This document shows positions 23,115 through 33,545 of a DNA stretch of 64,000 nt, in pieces; position 1 is the first letter of the stretch; each line of letters starts with the position of its first letter. Below the pieces are notes generated by a model, which ran no database searches, was not told the origin of the DNA, and saw only the letters and a program-made list of their open reading frames with translations. Made by a program: the position numbers and the translations under genes. Source of the DNA: Camelus ferus (lineage: Eukaryota); the NCBI RefSeq assembly GCF_009834535.1, contig NC_045697.1:15378001-15442000 (forward strand). Direction: 5' to 3'.

Positions 23115-24310
23115 TTTTCTGCCTCTTTGGATACTCAGCATCCATATATAACCTTAAACATATATTTAAACTTCGAAGCTGTAAGACAACATCTTTCTTC
23201 TGGCTGAATATGATCCAATTATCCCTCATATGAATAATGGCATGTCCATCCTCTCACAAAACCAGGAAACTCAAAGCCTTATCAGTAACTGTATCCATCT
23301 ATGGATGATAATATTCATTCCCCTTGTAGTTCAATTACAGTCCCCCTCTTTAATTTAAAGGCTACATTTTAAGGTAACTGCCACCGACACCCTTAATACA
23401 ATGAGGAGGGAAAGAAGAAATTGTTAAGAAGAGGGAGGGAGGGAGGAAGAAAAAGAAGGGAAAGAAGGAAGGAAGGAAGGAAGGGAAGGATGGAAGGAAA
23501 TACATAGCTATTATGGTCCTCCCTATGTGCTCAGCCAAATCCCAGCTGGTAATGGTTCTTTATTTGATAGAATAACCCAAACCTCCATTCCTGAGGGAAT
23601 GAATATTAGTGGCCTTGACTGTACTGAGTTGTTTTAGTCTTTCATTAACTTTGATTTCTAGACATTGAAATATGAAGAGGGGGGTCCCATAAAATTCCCT
23701 GGACTCCAAAAATCTCCTCCCAACCCTGCTGTGTCACAGCAACTTTATTTGTCCTTGTTGATCATGATTAATCACCCCAGACAATACATACAGTAGCTCC
23801 CTTTAACTGTCAGTTCACTGGCATGAATAACCCAAGTGACTAGCTGACATCCATAACGTCTAGCCAATGTAACCCTTAGTGTGTACCTGCTAGATACTTT
23901 CCCTTTTAGAAACTAAGACCTCAAAACTAGCAGATCCAAGCACTGCAGGGATGGGAACCACAACTATACAGGTAGACCATTAGGAAGAAGAAGAAGGAGC
24001 CATTTCCTTCCCACGCTTGTAATTCCAAGACCTTTATATTCCAGATATGGGAGAATCATAAACTAGTCAGAAGCTCCAAGAATACATCTCCTTGGATTCG
24101 GGAGATCCTAGTCTGTAAGGTGGTGTCACCCATTTCAATACCTCATTCCGACAATCAACATGCTTAGTTGCTTCTAGATGACTGGGTATATGGAAAGCCA
24201 GTGAATTCCAAAGATATGAGCCAATGCCCCATTTTGTAAGCTGTAAAACAAAAGTAATATGTGAGACATCACTATAGTAATGAGGCATTCCATACCCACA
24301 TGAGGCATAT
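23115..24310 (-). pseudogene. ERVL internal region: integrase and dUTPase-like remnants of pol
   Basis: Minus-strand peptides YGMPH, AHIFGIHW and FHIPSHLEATKHVDCRNEVLK (cf. ERVL IN HGIPH..AHAHGIHWSYHVPHHPEAAGLIERWNGLLK), plus VLSGVINHDQQGQIKLL, EIKVNERLKQ and PSGMEVWVI (cf. VLAGVIDPDYQ..IKVNGKLQQ..PSGMKVWVT). Contains a GGAA-rich tract at ~23405-23500. Confidence 0.85.
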
Positions 24311-24314
24311 CCAT

Positions 24315-25848
24315 ATATCCTTGCTAACACTTGGTATACTTTTTCTTTTCCTTTTGATGCTAGTATTCTAACAGGTATGAGGTCATATCTCATAGCAGTT
24401 TTTTTATTTGCATTTCTCTGGTGATTGGTGATGTTAAGCATCTTTTCATGTATCTATTGGCCATTTGTATATCTTTTGAGAAATATTTATTCAGGTCCTT
24501 TCCCCATTTTATAATTGGGTTATTATTATTTTTTTGGTATTGAATTGCTTGCATTCCTTATATATTTTGAATATTAATCAATGTATGTACATATGTAAGG
24601 TTTGCAAATATTTTTTCCCATTCTATAGGCTGTCTCTTCACTCTGTTGACTGTTTCCTTTGCTGTGCAGAATCTATTTAGTTTGGTGCAATCCCTTTTGT
24701 CTATTTTTGCTTTTGTTACCTAAGCTTTAAGGGTCATATCCAAAAAATCATTGTCTACCAATGTCAAGATTTTTCTTCTAATAGTTTTATGATTTCAGGT
24801 CTTACATTTAAGTCTTTAATCCATTTTGAATTAATTGATTTTTGTGTATGGAGTGAGATAAGCGTCCAATTTTGTTGTTCTGTATGTGGAAAGCAAGTTT
24901 TCTAACATTTATTGAAGAGACTATCCTTTCCCATCGTGTATTTTTGACACCTTTGTTGAAAATCAATTGACCATAAAGGTGTGAACTTATTTCTGGGCTC
25001 TCTACCCCATAGCATTGATCGACATTTCTGTATTAATACAAGTACCATGCTGCTTTGATTACTAAAGCTTTGTAGTATATTTTGAAATCAAGTGGTATAA
25101 AGACCTCGACTTTGTTCTTTTTTGCTCAAGATTGCTTTGGCTATTTGTGGTCTTTTGTGGTACCATATGAATTGTAGGACTGTTTTTTCTATTCCTGTGA
25201 AAAAATGCCGCTGGAATTTTGATAGGGATTGCTACCAAATAGGGATTTCTCTGGGCATCTTAACAATGCAATTCTTCTAATCCATGTACATAAGATATTC
25301 TTCCATTTATTTATGTCTTTTCAATTTCTTTCATCAATGTTTTTGTTTAAATGTACAGATCTTTCACTTCCTTGGTTAAAGTTTTTCCTAAGTATTTTAT
25401 TTTTTTGATGCTATTTTGAAGGTATTTCTTTTTGGATAGTTTGCTGTTAGTGTAAAGACATGCAACTGATTTTTGTATGTTCATTTGGTATAATGTAACT
25501 TTACTAAATTTGTTTATTAGTTCTAACAATTGTGTGTGTATGTGTGTGTAGTCTTTACAGGTTTCTATATATAATATCATGACATCTGCAAATAGAGGCA
25601 ATTTTACTTCTTTTCCAATTTGGAGGCCTTTGATTTCTTTTTCTTGCCCAACTGCTCTGACTAGGACTTCCAGTTCCATATTGAATAGAAGTGACAGGAT
25701 GGGGCATCTTTGTCTTGTTCCTGATCTTAGAGGAAACACTTTCAGCTTTTCAGAGTAGAGTATGAAGTTAGCTGTGGGCTTATTATACATGGCCTTTAGA
25801 ATGTTGAATTATTCCCTTCGATACCTAATTTGTTGGAAATTTTAATCC
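24315..25848 (-). mobile_element. L1 ORF2 fragment (RT to C-terminal region), lacking both ends
   Basis: ORF 25347-25790 reads KPTANFIL..FPLRSGTRQRCPILSLLFN..LFADVMILYIE..KYLGKTLTKEVKDLY (RT core with degenerate FADD). [11 protein letters not shown] near 24390. Confidence 0.95.
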
Positions 25849-25849
25849 A

Positions 25850-26790
25850 AAAGCTCTCTTTTACACATAGCTCTCGAATCTCCTTTATTTGACTTGGTCA
25901 CTCCCTGCTTCTCTCTTAACAGAATGGCTTCTGCCTTGAGGCTATCAGGCTATAATGGACCACATCCTTAACCTTTTCTTTGCCTCAAGGCTGGATCCTT
26001 ACAGAATTTAATTGCTCAAAGTAATTCCCAATCTTGTGTCTTCTACTCAGTGTGGTATAGAAGCATTTGGCTTTTCCATCCTCCAAGATTTCATATTTCT
26101 GGGCTCTTTTTATATCTTTCATTTCTGCTGACAAATTCTCACCTCTGTTAACACAACATGAACATAAATGCTCTTTTCAATCACTTTTCCTAAAGCTGCC
26201 CCCCTGGAGGTTTACTGTCTTATCTTTCAACTAATTATATGAAACACGTTTCAACAAATGTTTTGCCACCACATAACATGGGTCACTGTCTTTCCACCTC
26301 TGCCATGTGTTTCTTGCCACTTGCTTCTTGGCCACTAAATCAAAGATACTGACTTCAAATTTGTGTCATGACAGCACTCTATTCCAGTATCCATTTCTCT
26401 CTTAGGAGAAATAACACTAACTGGTAAAATAATTAACACCTCTGTGGCTTAACAATGTAAAAGTTTATTATTTAATTATTCACTGTCCAGTGAGGTTGGA
26501 GCAGGATTCTTCTTTATAACACCATTCAGAGATTCAAGCTCTTTCCATTTTATGATGCCACCATTCAACTCATGGCTCCTGGGTTCACCATGAGGAAAGA
26601 AAGTGAATAATAGAGAACTGCACACAGGATATCTTTATGGTCCAGAAGTATGTCACTGCTGCTTCACTCCACTGGCCAAAATTGTCACAGAGACAAATCC
26701 GATGGAAGGAGGCTGGCAAATGCAGTTCATCTGTGTGCCCAGGAGGAAAATAAAATGGAATGCAGTGATCACAAAGCATTGCTTCTGATT
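25850..26790 (-). mobile_element. MLT1I/J-like 5' LTR (~26396-26790) with adjoining MaLR internal sequence
   Basis: Junction CAGCACTCTATTCCAGTATCCATTTCT resembles the MaLR LTR/internal boundary. LTR motifs GTGGCTTAACAATGTAAAAGTTTATT, CCACTGGCCAAAATTGTCACA and GGAGGCTGGCAAATGCAGT. Confidence 0.75.
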
Positions 26791-26977
26791 TGAAGTCAGG
26801 CAATTGGTTCATTCTCAGTTCTACTACTTTCTAGTTCTGCAACTTTCTGACAGTACTTCTTCATCTGTGCAATGATGGTATTTACACCACAAAATTGCTT
26901 TCTTGCAGAGAATTCTAAATCCAGTCCAACTATTAATTAAATACAGGTAAAATGAAGACATTTTCAGAATTGTAAGA

Positions 26978-27572
26978 TGTGGTAGAGGTCATTTTTTCTT
27001 TTCTTCCTTGAAATTAAGAATGGATATGTTTAAAAAAAAAAAAAAGAATGGGCATGTAACTAATTCTGGCCAATAGAATACAAGAAATGAAGTTTGTCAG
27101 TTCTGAACTGAGATAGTGACAATTCCCCTGCTCCCCCAACCGCTCAGCTCCTTTGACCTTAGAATACAATTATTATGCCAATAAAAGATCATAAAAGATG
27201 GGAGTGTGCCTGTCATCTTGGGTTCCAGAATAATTATATAAATGAACATGCCCACCTCCACTGCACAGGTACCATGAACAAGCAACAAACATTTGTTTGG
27301 TTAAGCAAAGTAAGATTTGGGGGTTAACAGGCTTACAAAGCCTGATAGTTCTCAACCAGAGTTGATGCTACCCACCAGGGGACATTTAGCAATGCCTTGC
27401 AATACCTTTGGTTCCCACAACTGAGTGCTACTGGTACCTAGTGGGTACAGCCCAGGGATGACGCCCAGAATACCACAACGCACAAGACAGCTTCCTTCAG
27501 CAGAGAATTACCTGCCCCAATGTCAATAGCGCTGAAGTTGAGAAACCGTAACAGCCCATCCTGACTAATAAA
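26978..27572 (+). mobile_element. MLT1I/J2-like LTR nested in HAL1
   Basis: TGTGGTAGA start, GGCATGTAACTAATTCTGGCCAATAGAAT, and terminus CAGCCCATCCTGACTAATA after the MER20. Confidence 0.7.
27343..27550 (+). mobile_element. MER20 nested in the MLT1 LTR
   Basis: GTTCTCAACCAG..CCAGGGGACATTTAGCAATG..AATGTCAATAGCGCTGAAGTTGAGAAACC. Confidence 0.9.
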
Positions 27573-29035
27573 CAGTATCTCAAAAATGTTTCCTGCAGTT
27601 CTTCTGCGGAAGCTACTAAAGAATGCGCTGTCACAAAACAGATGCAAATCAGTAAGTGGGACTCAAGAACTGAAGTGACCAACCTTGAAGAGAGGGGGTT
27701 CTCAGGCAGAGGTGACGGTGTGACCCCAGACGCAGCAAGCCTACACATCAGCCAGTTCAAAGGAGGAAAACGGGGTAAAGAGTTGCAAGAATGAGACCCT
27801 CTGGGGGAAAAATGATATGCTGATTGATGAATATGAATGTATTAACAACAACTTCCAAGTTCTGTTCAAAAGTCTGGGAATTAGATTCAGAGAAAATTAA
27901 GTAATTGAAAAATAAAATTTACTCAAGCAGAGTTGTACAAGAAAGGGAATGGTACATGATAACATACACAGTACAATAAACAGGAAACCTGTGAATTACA
28001 TGTAAGTTTCATAGCAATAAAACAAAGACATGGATACAACCAAAATGTATCCTTTACCTGTATTGCCAGGCTGGGAAAAGTCGAAGTGTGTGTGAGAGAG
28101 TGTGTGTGGAGGAAGGAATTAAAAAGTTAAATCCTCATCTTCTCCTATAAGAAGTCAATGGACAATATTTAAAATGGAAAATCAAGAAATAGCAATGTAA
28201 GCAGATCACTTAGATATACAAGGCTAAATGCCCAAAGCGGTAGCTAAAAATAAGTTAAAACTAATTACTTTTATAAAGACGGAAATTGGGAGAAGGAGTG
28301 AGGGCACTGCTTCTTCATTATAAGCTTAATAGTACCACTTAACTTTTTAAACCATGAACACAGATTGGTTTTTGCAAAAGCAGAAGAGGTTTTACAAAAC
28401 TCAGGGCAAAGTAAACCCCCTTTCAGGCATTAATAAGATACAACACATAGGAAAGTCTTCTGTAATGTGTGAACTGCTCCGTGGAGGCTGGTCGTGGTGA
28501 ACATTATAGCTGATGCTGAGGATGGTGTTGATAACGGAGCTCAGGCCTCAGCGCAGGTGCTTCCGTGTCTTGGCTTATCCCTGTCACGGGCAGCCATCAG
28601 CACGCAAGATGAAGTGCCACGGCTGTTATCCAGTTAGTTATCCAGAAAGGAGAAGGCTTGCTTGCTGCCAATTACCCACCCACCTTTACTCAGTGTCTCC
28701 CTTGTGGGAGGTATGGGCCGTATGGGCCCCGCCCTCAGAGTCCCAGCAGCAGGGTAGGGCTATACCACCCTCACTACAAGGTCTGACCTTGATTTAGGAC
28801 ACTTCCTGGCCAGGAGGTGTTCTCAATTGGGCCCCCTTCTTAAATTCTCTTTCACTGGGAGCTGATTATTATTTATAAAGACACAGTATTATCAGATTCC
28901 TTTCCTACCACCCTGAGCCTCTGGCCTACTCGCCACCTTTCCAAAATCAGGATAAACGGCATGTCATTCTTTCTTATGCTAGAGTCAGCTTTGCGGGTGT
29001 CTTCCACTCTCCTCTCTAGAGCTGGAAATGTAAGT

Positions 29036-29305
29036 CACAGTGCAACACAGCACAGCAGGTAAGAACGCGGCACGGGAAAGAGCATGTGTGAGTTGGGATT
29101 CCAGCCCTGCTGCTTTCTAAGGTTGTGTGACCTTGAGGAAATTACTTAACCTCTCTGTGCTTCACTTGATTCATCTATAAAAAGGAGGTAAGAAGAAGAG
29201 TACTTGCCTCATAAGTTTGATATAAGGATCAAAAGAGTTACTAAATGTAATACTAAGCATGGTTTCTGGCACATAGTAAAGCTACAGATAGCAACGAATA
29301 TTATT
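29036..29305 (+). mobile_element. MIR, near full length
   Basis: TGTGTGACCTTGAGGAAATTACTTAACCTCTCTGTGCTTCA..CTGGCACATAGTAAAGC. Confidence 0.92.
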
Positions 29306-31394
29306 ACAGCACCCAGCAAAACTGGTTAACTGTGAGCTGTCGGTGTTATTGTTAGTATTATTATCATCAGTGCTTAAACAGCACAAGCACATAACAGGCA
29401 CTGGAAAACATTCATAAATGTGACCGACTTATGGAACACATTTACAAGGAGCTGCCCCCATTCCAGCTACACGCACCACAACAAGATGCAGTTACGGGAC
29501 TGCAATCACACACTCCTAAGGAAAAGATGGCTCAGTCTCTCTCCCAGTGTTCCTCAACACGGCACGTGACAGATTTACCTCTGGAACGCTCTAAAAAGAT
29601 CTAAACCACTCACCGTATAGGGCAGCCCCACTGAACGTCTCTCAAAATCTCAAACCAGCCAAGCAATGTAGGCCTCAAGACATCAGGGCGTACAGCCTCG
29701 AATGCGGCTTCCTGAGGTCTTCCTCCTTCACCCTTAGCTTCACTCCTCCCACACTTAGCTAGGCCAACACTGTCAACTAAAAAGCTTAAATGTCTCCTCC
29801 TTTGGGTGTCAGCACTGATCGCGCCACCTGTCAGTTTTTCCGTAACACTCATCCACTTCTGTGATTCAAAAGCGTGTCTGTCTGGATACATATATTTGCT
29901 GACTCTGCACATAGCTCTCTGAGGAGGGGAACCACTGTGCCTTCTTTCCACTCTACATGCAGTACCTACTTAAGACCTGGCCACATATTACAGACTTTTA
30001 AAAAAGACGCACTTCTTTCAGATGAGGAAGTTACAGTCGGTTTCCTACAGGAGGCGATCTGTGGGCTAGACTTAAAAAGTTTTTCACACTATAACTTTTC
30101 TAGAATAACACGAGATTGGATAATATTTTGCACATGATTAAAATGTGCTAGGGCTTTGGTTTTCAATTCATTTTGAATTATGAGATTCCATCAAAACTGG
30201 AATTGAGAATTCTGAAATACAGAAATTTCACCTGCATATTAGGAAAGCATATTGAAACATATTTTTTCTTGTATCTTGAATAAGCAATAGATTAAAAAAA
30301 TGCAAAAGAGCTCAAAGAACAATGGCAAGTCTGTAATATCTAGGTTTCTAAAATGAAGACAACATAAAGCCAGTTTCATCTCTCTAGAACATCACAGTTA
30401 AAGTAAAATAATTGTTGTGTGGATCGTAAATACCTACTAGCTTATGATGGTAAAATGAGCAGGTGATCATCTTAGACAGATGGTCTGGATTTAGACAGAT
30501 GATTCTTTATTTCTGTTTATTTCTAATAGTGCCAAAAACTGGGGTGTTTCAAAATAGGCCAATACTTGACATTCAAAAATAAACAAAATTGTGACTTTGC
30601 CCATCCCCAATGCACACACACACAGGGTCACAGCTTTTCAACTGTGAGCAATGTATTCATGCAAGTGCTCTGTGTCACCAAAGATATAGAACTTTTTCTT
30701 TTAACTACATCATATGCAATTGTCTATGCTATCACCCTTATATTTTAAGACAACTTTTAAAAACATGACACCTTTGATATGTATGCTCTAAAAGATGACA
30801 ACCATCTTTTCATACTGAGAATTGACCACAAATTAAGTATTTGACAAGAAATTGTGGTTTGAATATTACACCTGCCTGTGTCCTGAGCACAAGGCAGGTA
30901 TGTTCTATAATATTTGATCTCTTGGCTGGCAGGCAAAGAATAACAAGCCAGAGTCGCTGCATCTAAGGTGCAAACACAAATCTAGAAGGGAGGTAGTGAA
31001 CAGAACACAAAAAATCTATGTCATGTGGGAAACAGTCATGATCACATCAAGTACAAAGGTCCTGGGGAGAATGTGAGAAATAGCCAATCCTTCACAGGCT
31101 GAAGCTATTAGAATCATAGCTTTGTTTCATTATCTACTACATGTACACAATAATATTCACTATTCAATAAATATAAAAGCTTTCGAGGATAAGGAGGATC
31201 CACTGTAACTGAATATATCCATTGTATTATTTTATTATTACAGCAGATACATTTACTATAGAAAATTTGTAAGATATGTAAAAAGATAATAAATTACAAT
31301 CACCATCAAATTGCACCAACTAAAGGATAGGTACCTAATGTTCATTTTACTCTATTTATGTTCATATATAATGTGCATATATATGCGTGTGTAT

Positions 31395-31670
31395 ATAAAT
31401 ATTTATTTAACACATATTTACCATGTACCTACTATGTTCCAAGCACTGTTCTGATCTTTGGGACATTCTCACAGAAGGCAGGTTCTAATGGAGGTAGGGA
31501 TGGTAGAGGACAGTGGGCAGGGGATGGGAAGACAAGCAATAAAAAATAAATGTCATACATAAGTATGTCATATGCCACATTAGGTGATATTATGAAATTA
31601 TAAGGTGTTATAGAAAAAAAGCTATAAGGTGAGACCTGCTATGGCCTATTTACATGGAGTCAGGGAGCAA
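31395..31670 (-). mobile_element. L2 3' end
   Basis: TTTATTTAACACATATTTA..TACCTACTATGTTCCAAGCACTGTTCT. Confidence 0.75.
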
Positions 31671-32359
31671 AGGAAAATAATTTAGTGAGACTGGTGTTCA
31701 GTTTCTGTAGGATTCTTTCACAGAAGATCTTTAAAGTCCAAACTAAAGAAGAAAACAGAACTTACATTTACTACCAGGCCCACCCCAAACTCGAGTGTCA
31801 CACTGAGAGTCACACTGAAGGCCCATATCCCATAGGTCTCCATTTAAAAAATATAAATCAAGCCAGAAAGCAGATAAATAAAACACACCCTATTTTCCTA
31901 ATTTGACAGATATAAAGCCTGGGAAGCCGGGTTTGAATTTAAAATTCAGGGACTCCTTGAAGTTCTGGCCCAGAACAGTGTAGGAGAGGGGCGAGCAGGT
32001 CAGGGCCTGACCCACGGCCCGTCTCCATGTCATTCCACACCTGGTCCTGTCCTGCACCATGAGGGCCTTCACAAGCAAGTGTACGGACACCCAAGACCTC
32101 ACGTGCATGCTGTCTACACAGCCACCCTGACCCTGCAAAGAGCCCCCTCTCGGCCAAGGCTCAGGCCTCAGGGTGTTCACACAGCTCCCCGGGGCCCATC
32201 CTGAGAGAAGAGACTCATGCAGGCCCTGGAAAACTAGAATAGCCTGGTCAATGTCCCTTGGGTGAAAGGGTCATAGCAAGTAGGAAAGAAGACAGAGAGA
32301 GAGCTTGCAAAGATCTGCGTTAGGGAGAATCCATGAGGCACCATAAATGAGAAGAGGTT

Positions 32360-33053
32360 TTTTCCTTGACAAAACTTCTGACATCAAGTATGAGAGGGGC
32401 TTTCCACACCAGCAACCCATTCTCCAGTTCTGGGAATCCAGCAATTCAACTCCATGCGTCTAAGGTCTCAGACCGAGAAAACTGCCCCCATTTCTGATGC
32501 CGGCACGAATGGGGTGCGCAGGCTACACACAGATCTGCCCAACCAACCACAGATTCAGAGCTTCTGACAGCCCTCCTCAGGTTTGATAATTCACTAGCAT
32601 GACTCACAGCACTCAGGAAAGCACTTTACTTACTGTGACTTCTTCCTTATACGGGATACCACTCAGGAACAGTCAAATGGAAGAGGAGGTATGGAGAGCT
32701 GGGCACAGGGCTTGCATTCCCTCCAGCACCTCACTGTTTCACCAACCTGGAAGTTCTCGAACTCTGTTGTTCAGGTGTTTTTATGAAGGTTTCATTAGTT
32801 AACACGTTTGATTGAGTCACTGACCATTGGTGATTGAATTCACTCTTAGAGCTAAAAATTCCAACTCTCTAATTGTGGCTTGGTCTATCTGGCAACCAGC
32901 CCCAACTCTGAAGCTATCTAGGGAGTCCCCAATCACATAATCTCATTAGCATAGGAAGGACATTCATTATTTCAGAGTTTCTGAGGGTTTTAGGAGCTAT
33001 GTGTCAGGGACAAGGAAGAAGACCAAATATTTATTTTTTTTTACTACATCACA
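32360..33053 (-). mobile_element. MER21-like ERVL-class solo LTR
   Basis: CTCAGGTTTGATAATTCACTAGCATGACTCACAGCACTCAGGAAAGCACTTTAC and CATTGGTGATTGAATTCA. Reverse start TGTGATGTAGT..ATATTTGGTCTTC..AGCTCCTAAAACCCT. Confidence 0.88.
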
Positions 33054-33545
33054 AGGAGACTCTCTGAGAAGCATAGTACAGGTCCAGAGAGAATGAGTCA
33101 ATTCTAATCTCCCTGAAATGTAGAAAAGCTAGTGACAGATGGTGACTACCCAGCCACAGAAGGCTCTGGTCCTTCTCTCCTACTCCCCTGTCTCCCTGAA
33201 CCCAGCTACGGAGAAGGCAAGGATATAATCAAAGATGGCGGAAGAAGCCAACCGCATTCCTCTTCCTCAGTGAGGCTTCTAGATCTGAAGAAGTGCAAGC
33301 TGGTGGGAGGTGAGTAGCTCTACATGCGTTATGAGATCAGAGTTTTGATTATTACACTGACAATTGACATTTTACTTACTGAAATGAGATAGTTCTTAGA
33401 ACTAAAGAGGATGAAAAGCTGTGGTGTATATCTAAGTTTTCATCCTGGGCAGGGAAAGAAATAGCCCATTAGGCAACCATGAAGGAGTAATAGGAGAAAG
33501 AATAAAACTGCTCTGTTGGTCTCTGTCACATTCAGCTAAGTCAAT
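33054..33545 (+). mobile_element. Old LTR-like element (Gypsy/ERVL class, unassigned)
   Basis: AGAGTTTTGATTATTACACTG..TTACTGAAATGAGAT, and AATAAA at ~33501 followed by a U5-like tail. Resemblance only. Confidence 0.35.

Larger units (their letters stand above)
26905..28375 (+). mobile_element. Ancient HAL1 3' portion, interrupted by MLT1 and MER20
   Basis: AGAATTCTAAATCCAGTCCAACTA..AAGACATTTTCAGA, resuming after 27575 as TCTCAAAAATGTTTCC..GGAAGCTACTAAAGAATGCGCT and ending TTATAAGCTTAATAGTACCACTTAACTTTTTAAACCATG. Parallels the 50.9-52.6 kb copy. Confidence 0.75.

Noticed and set aside
24067..24441. 124-aa ORF fusing L1 ORF2 and ERVL integrase as a novel gene
   Set aside because: Both parts are degenerate and switch frame relative to their parent proteins, so the open frame across the junction is best explained by chance.
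28400..28560. Coding-looking minus-strand stretch (LSSVINTILSISYNVHH..)
   Set aside because: It continues a GC-shifted MIR tail, with no splice context or recognisable protein.
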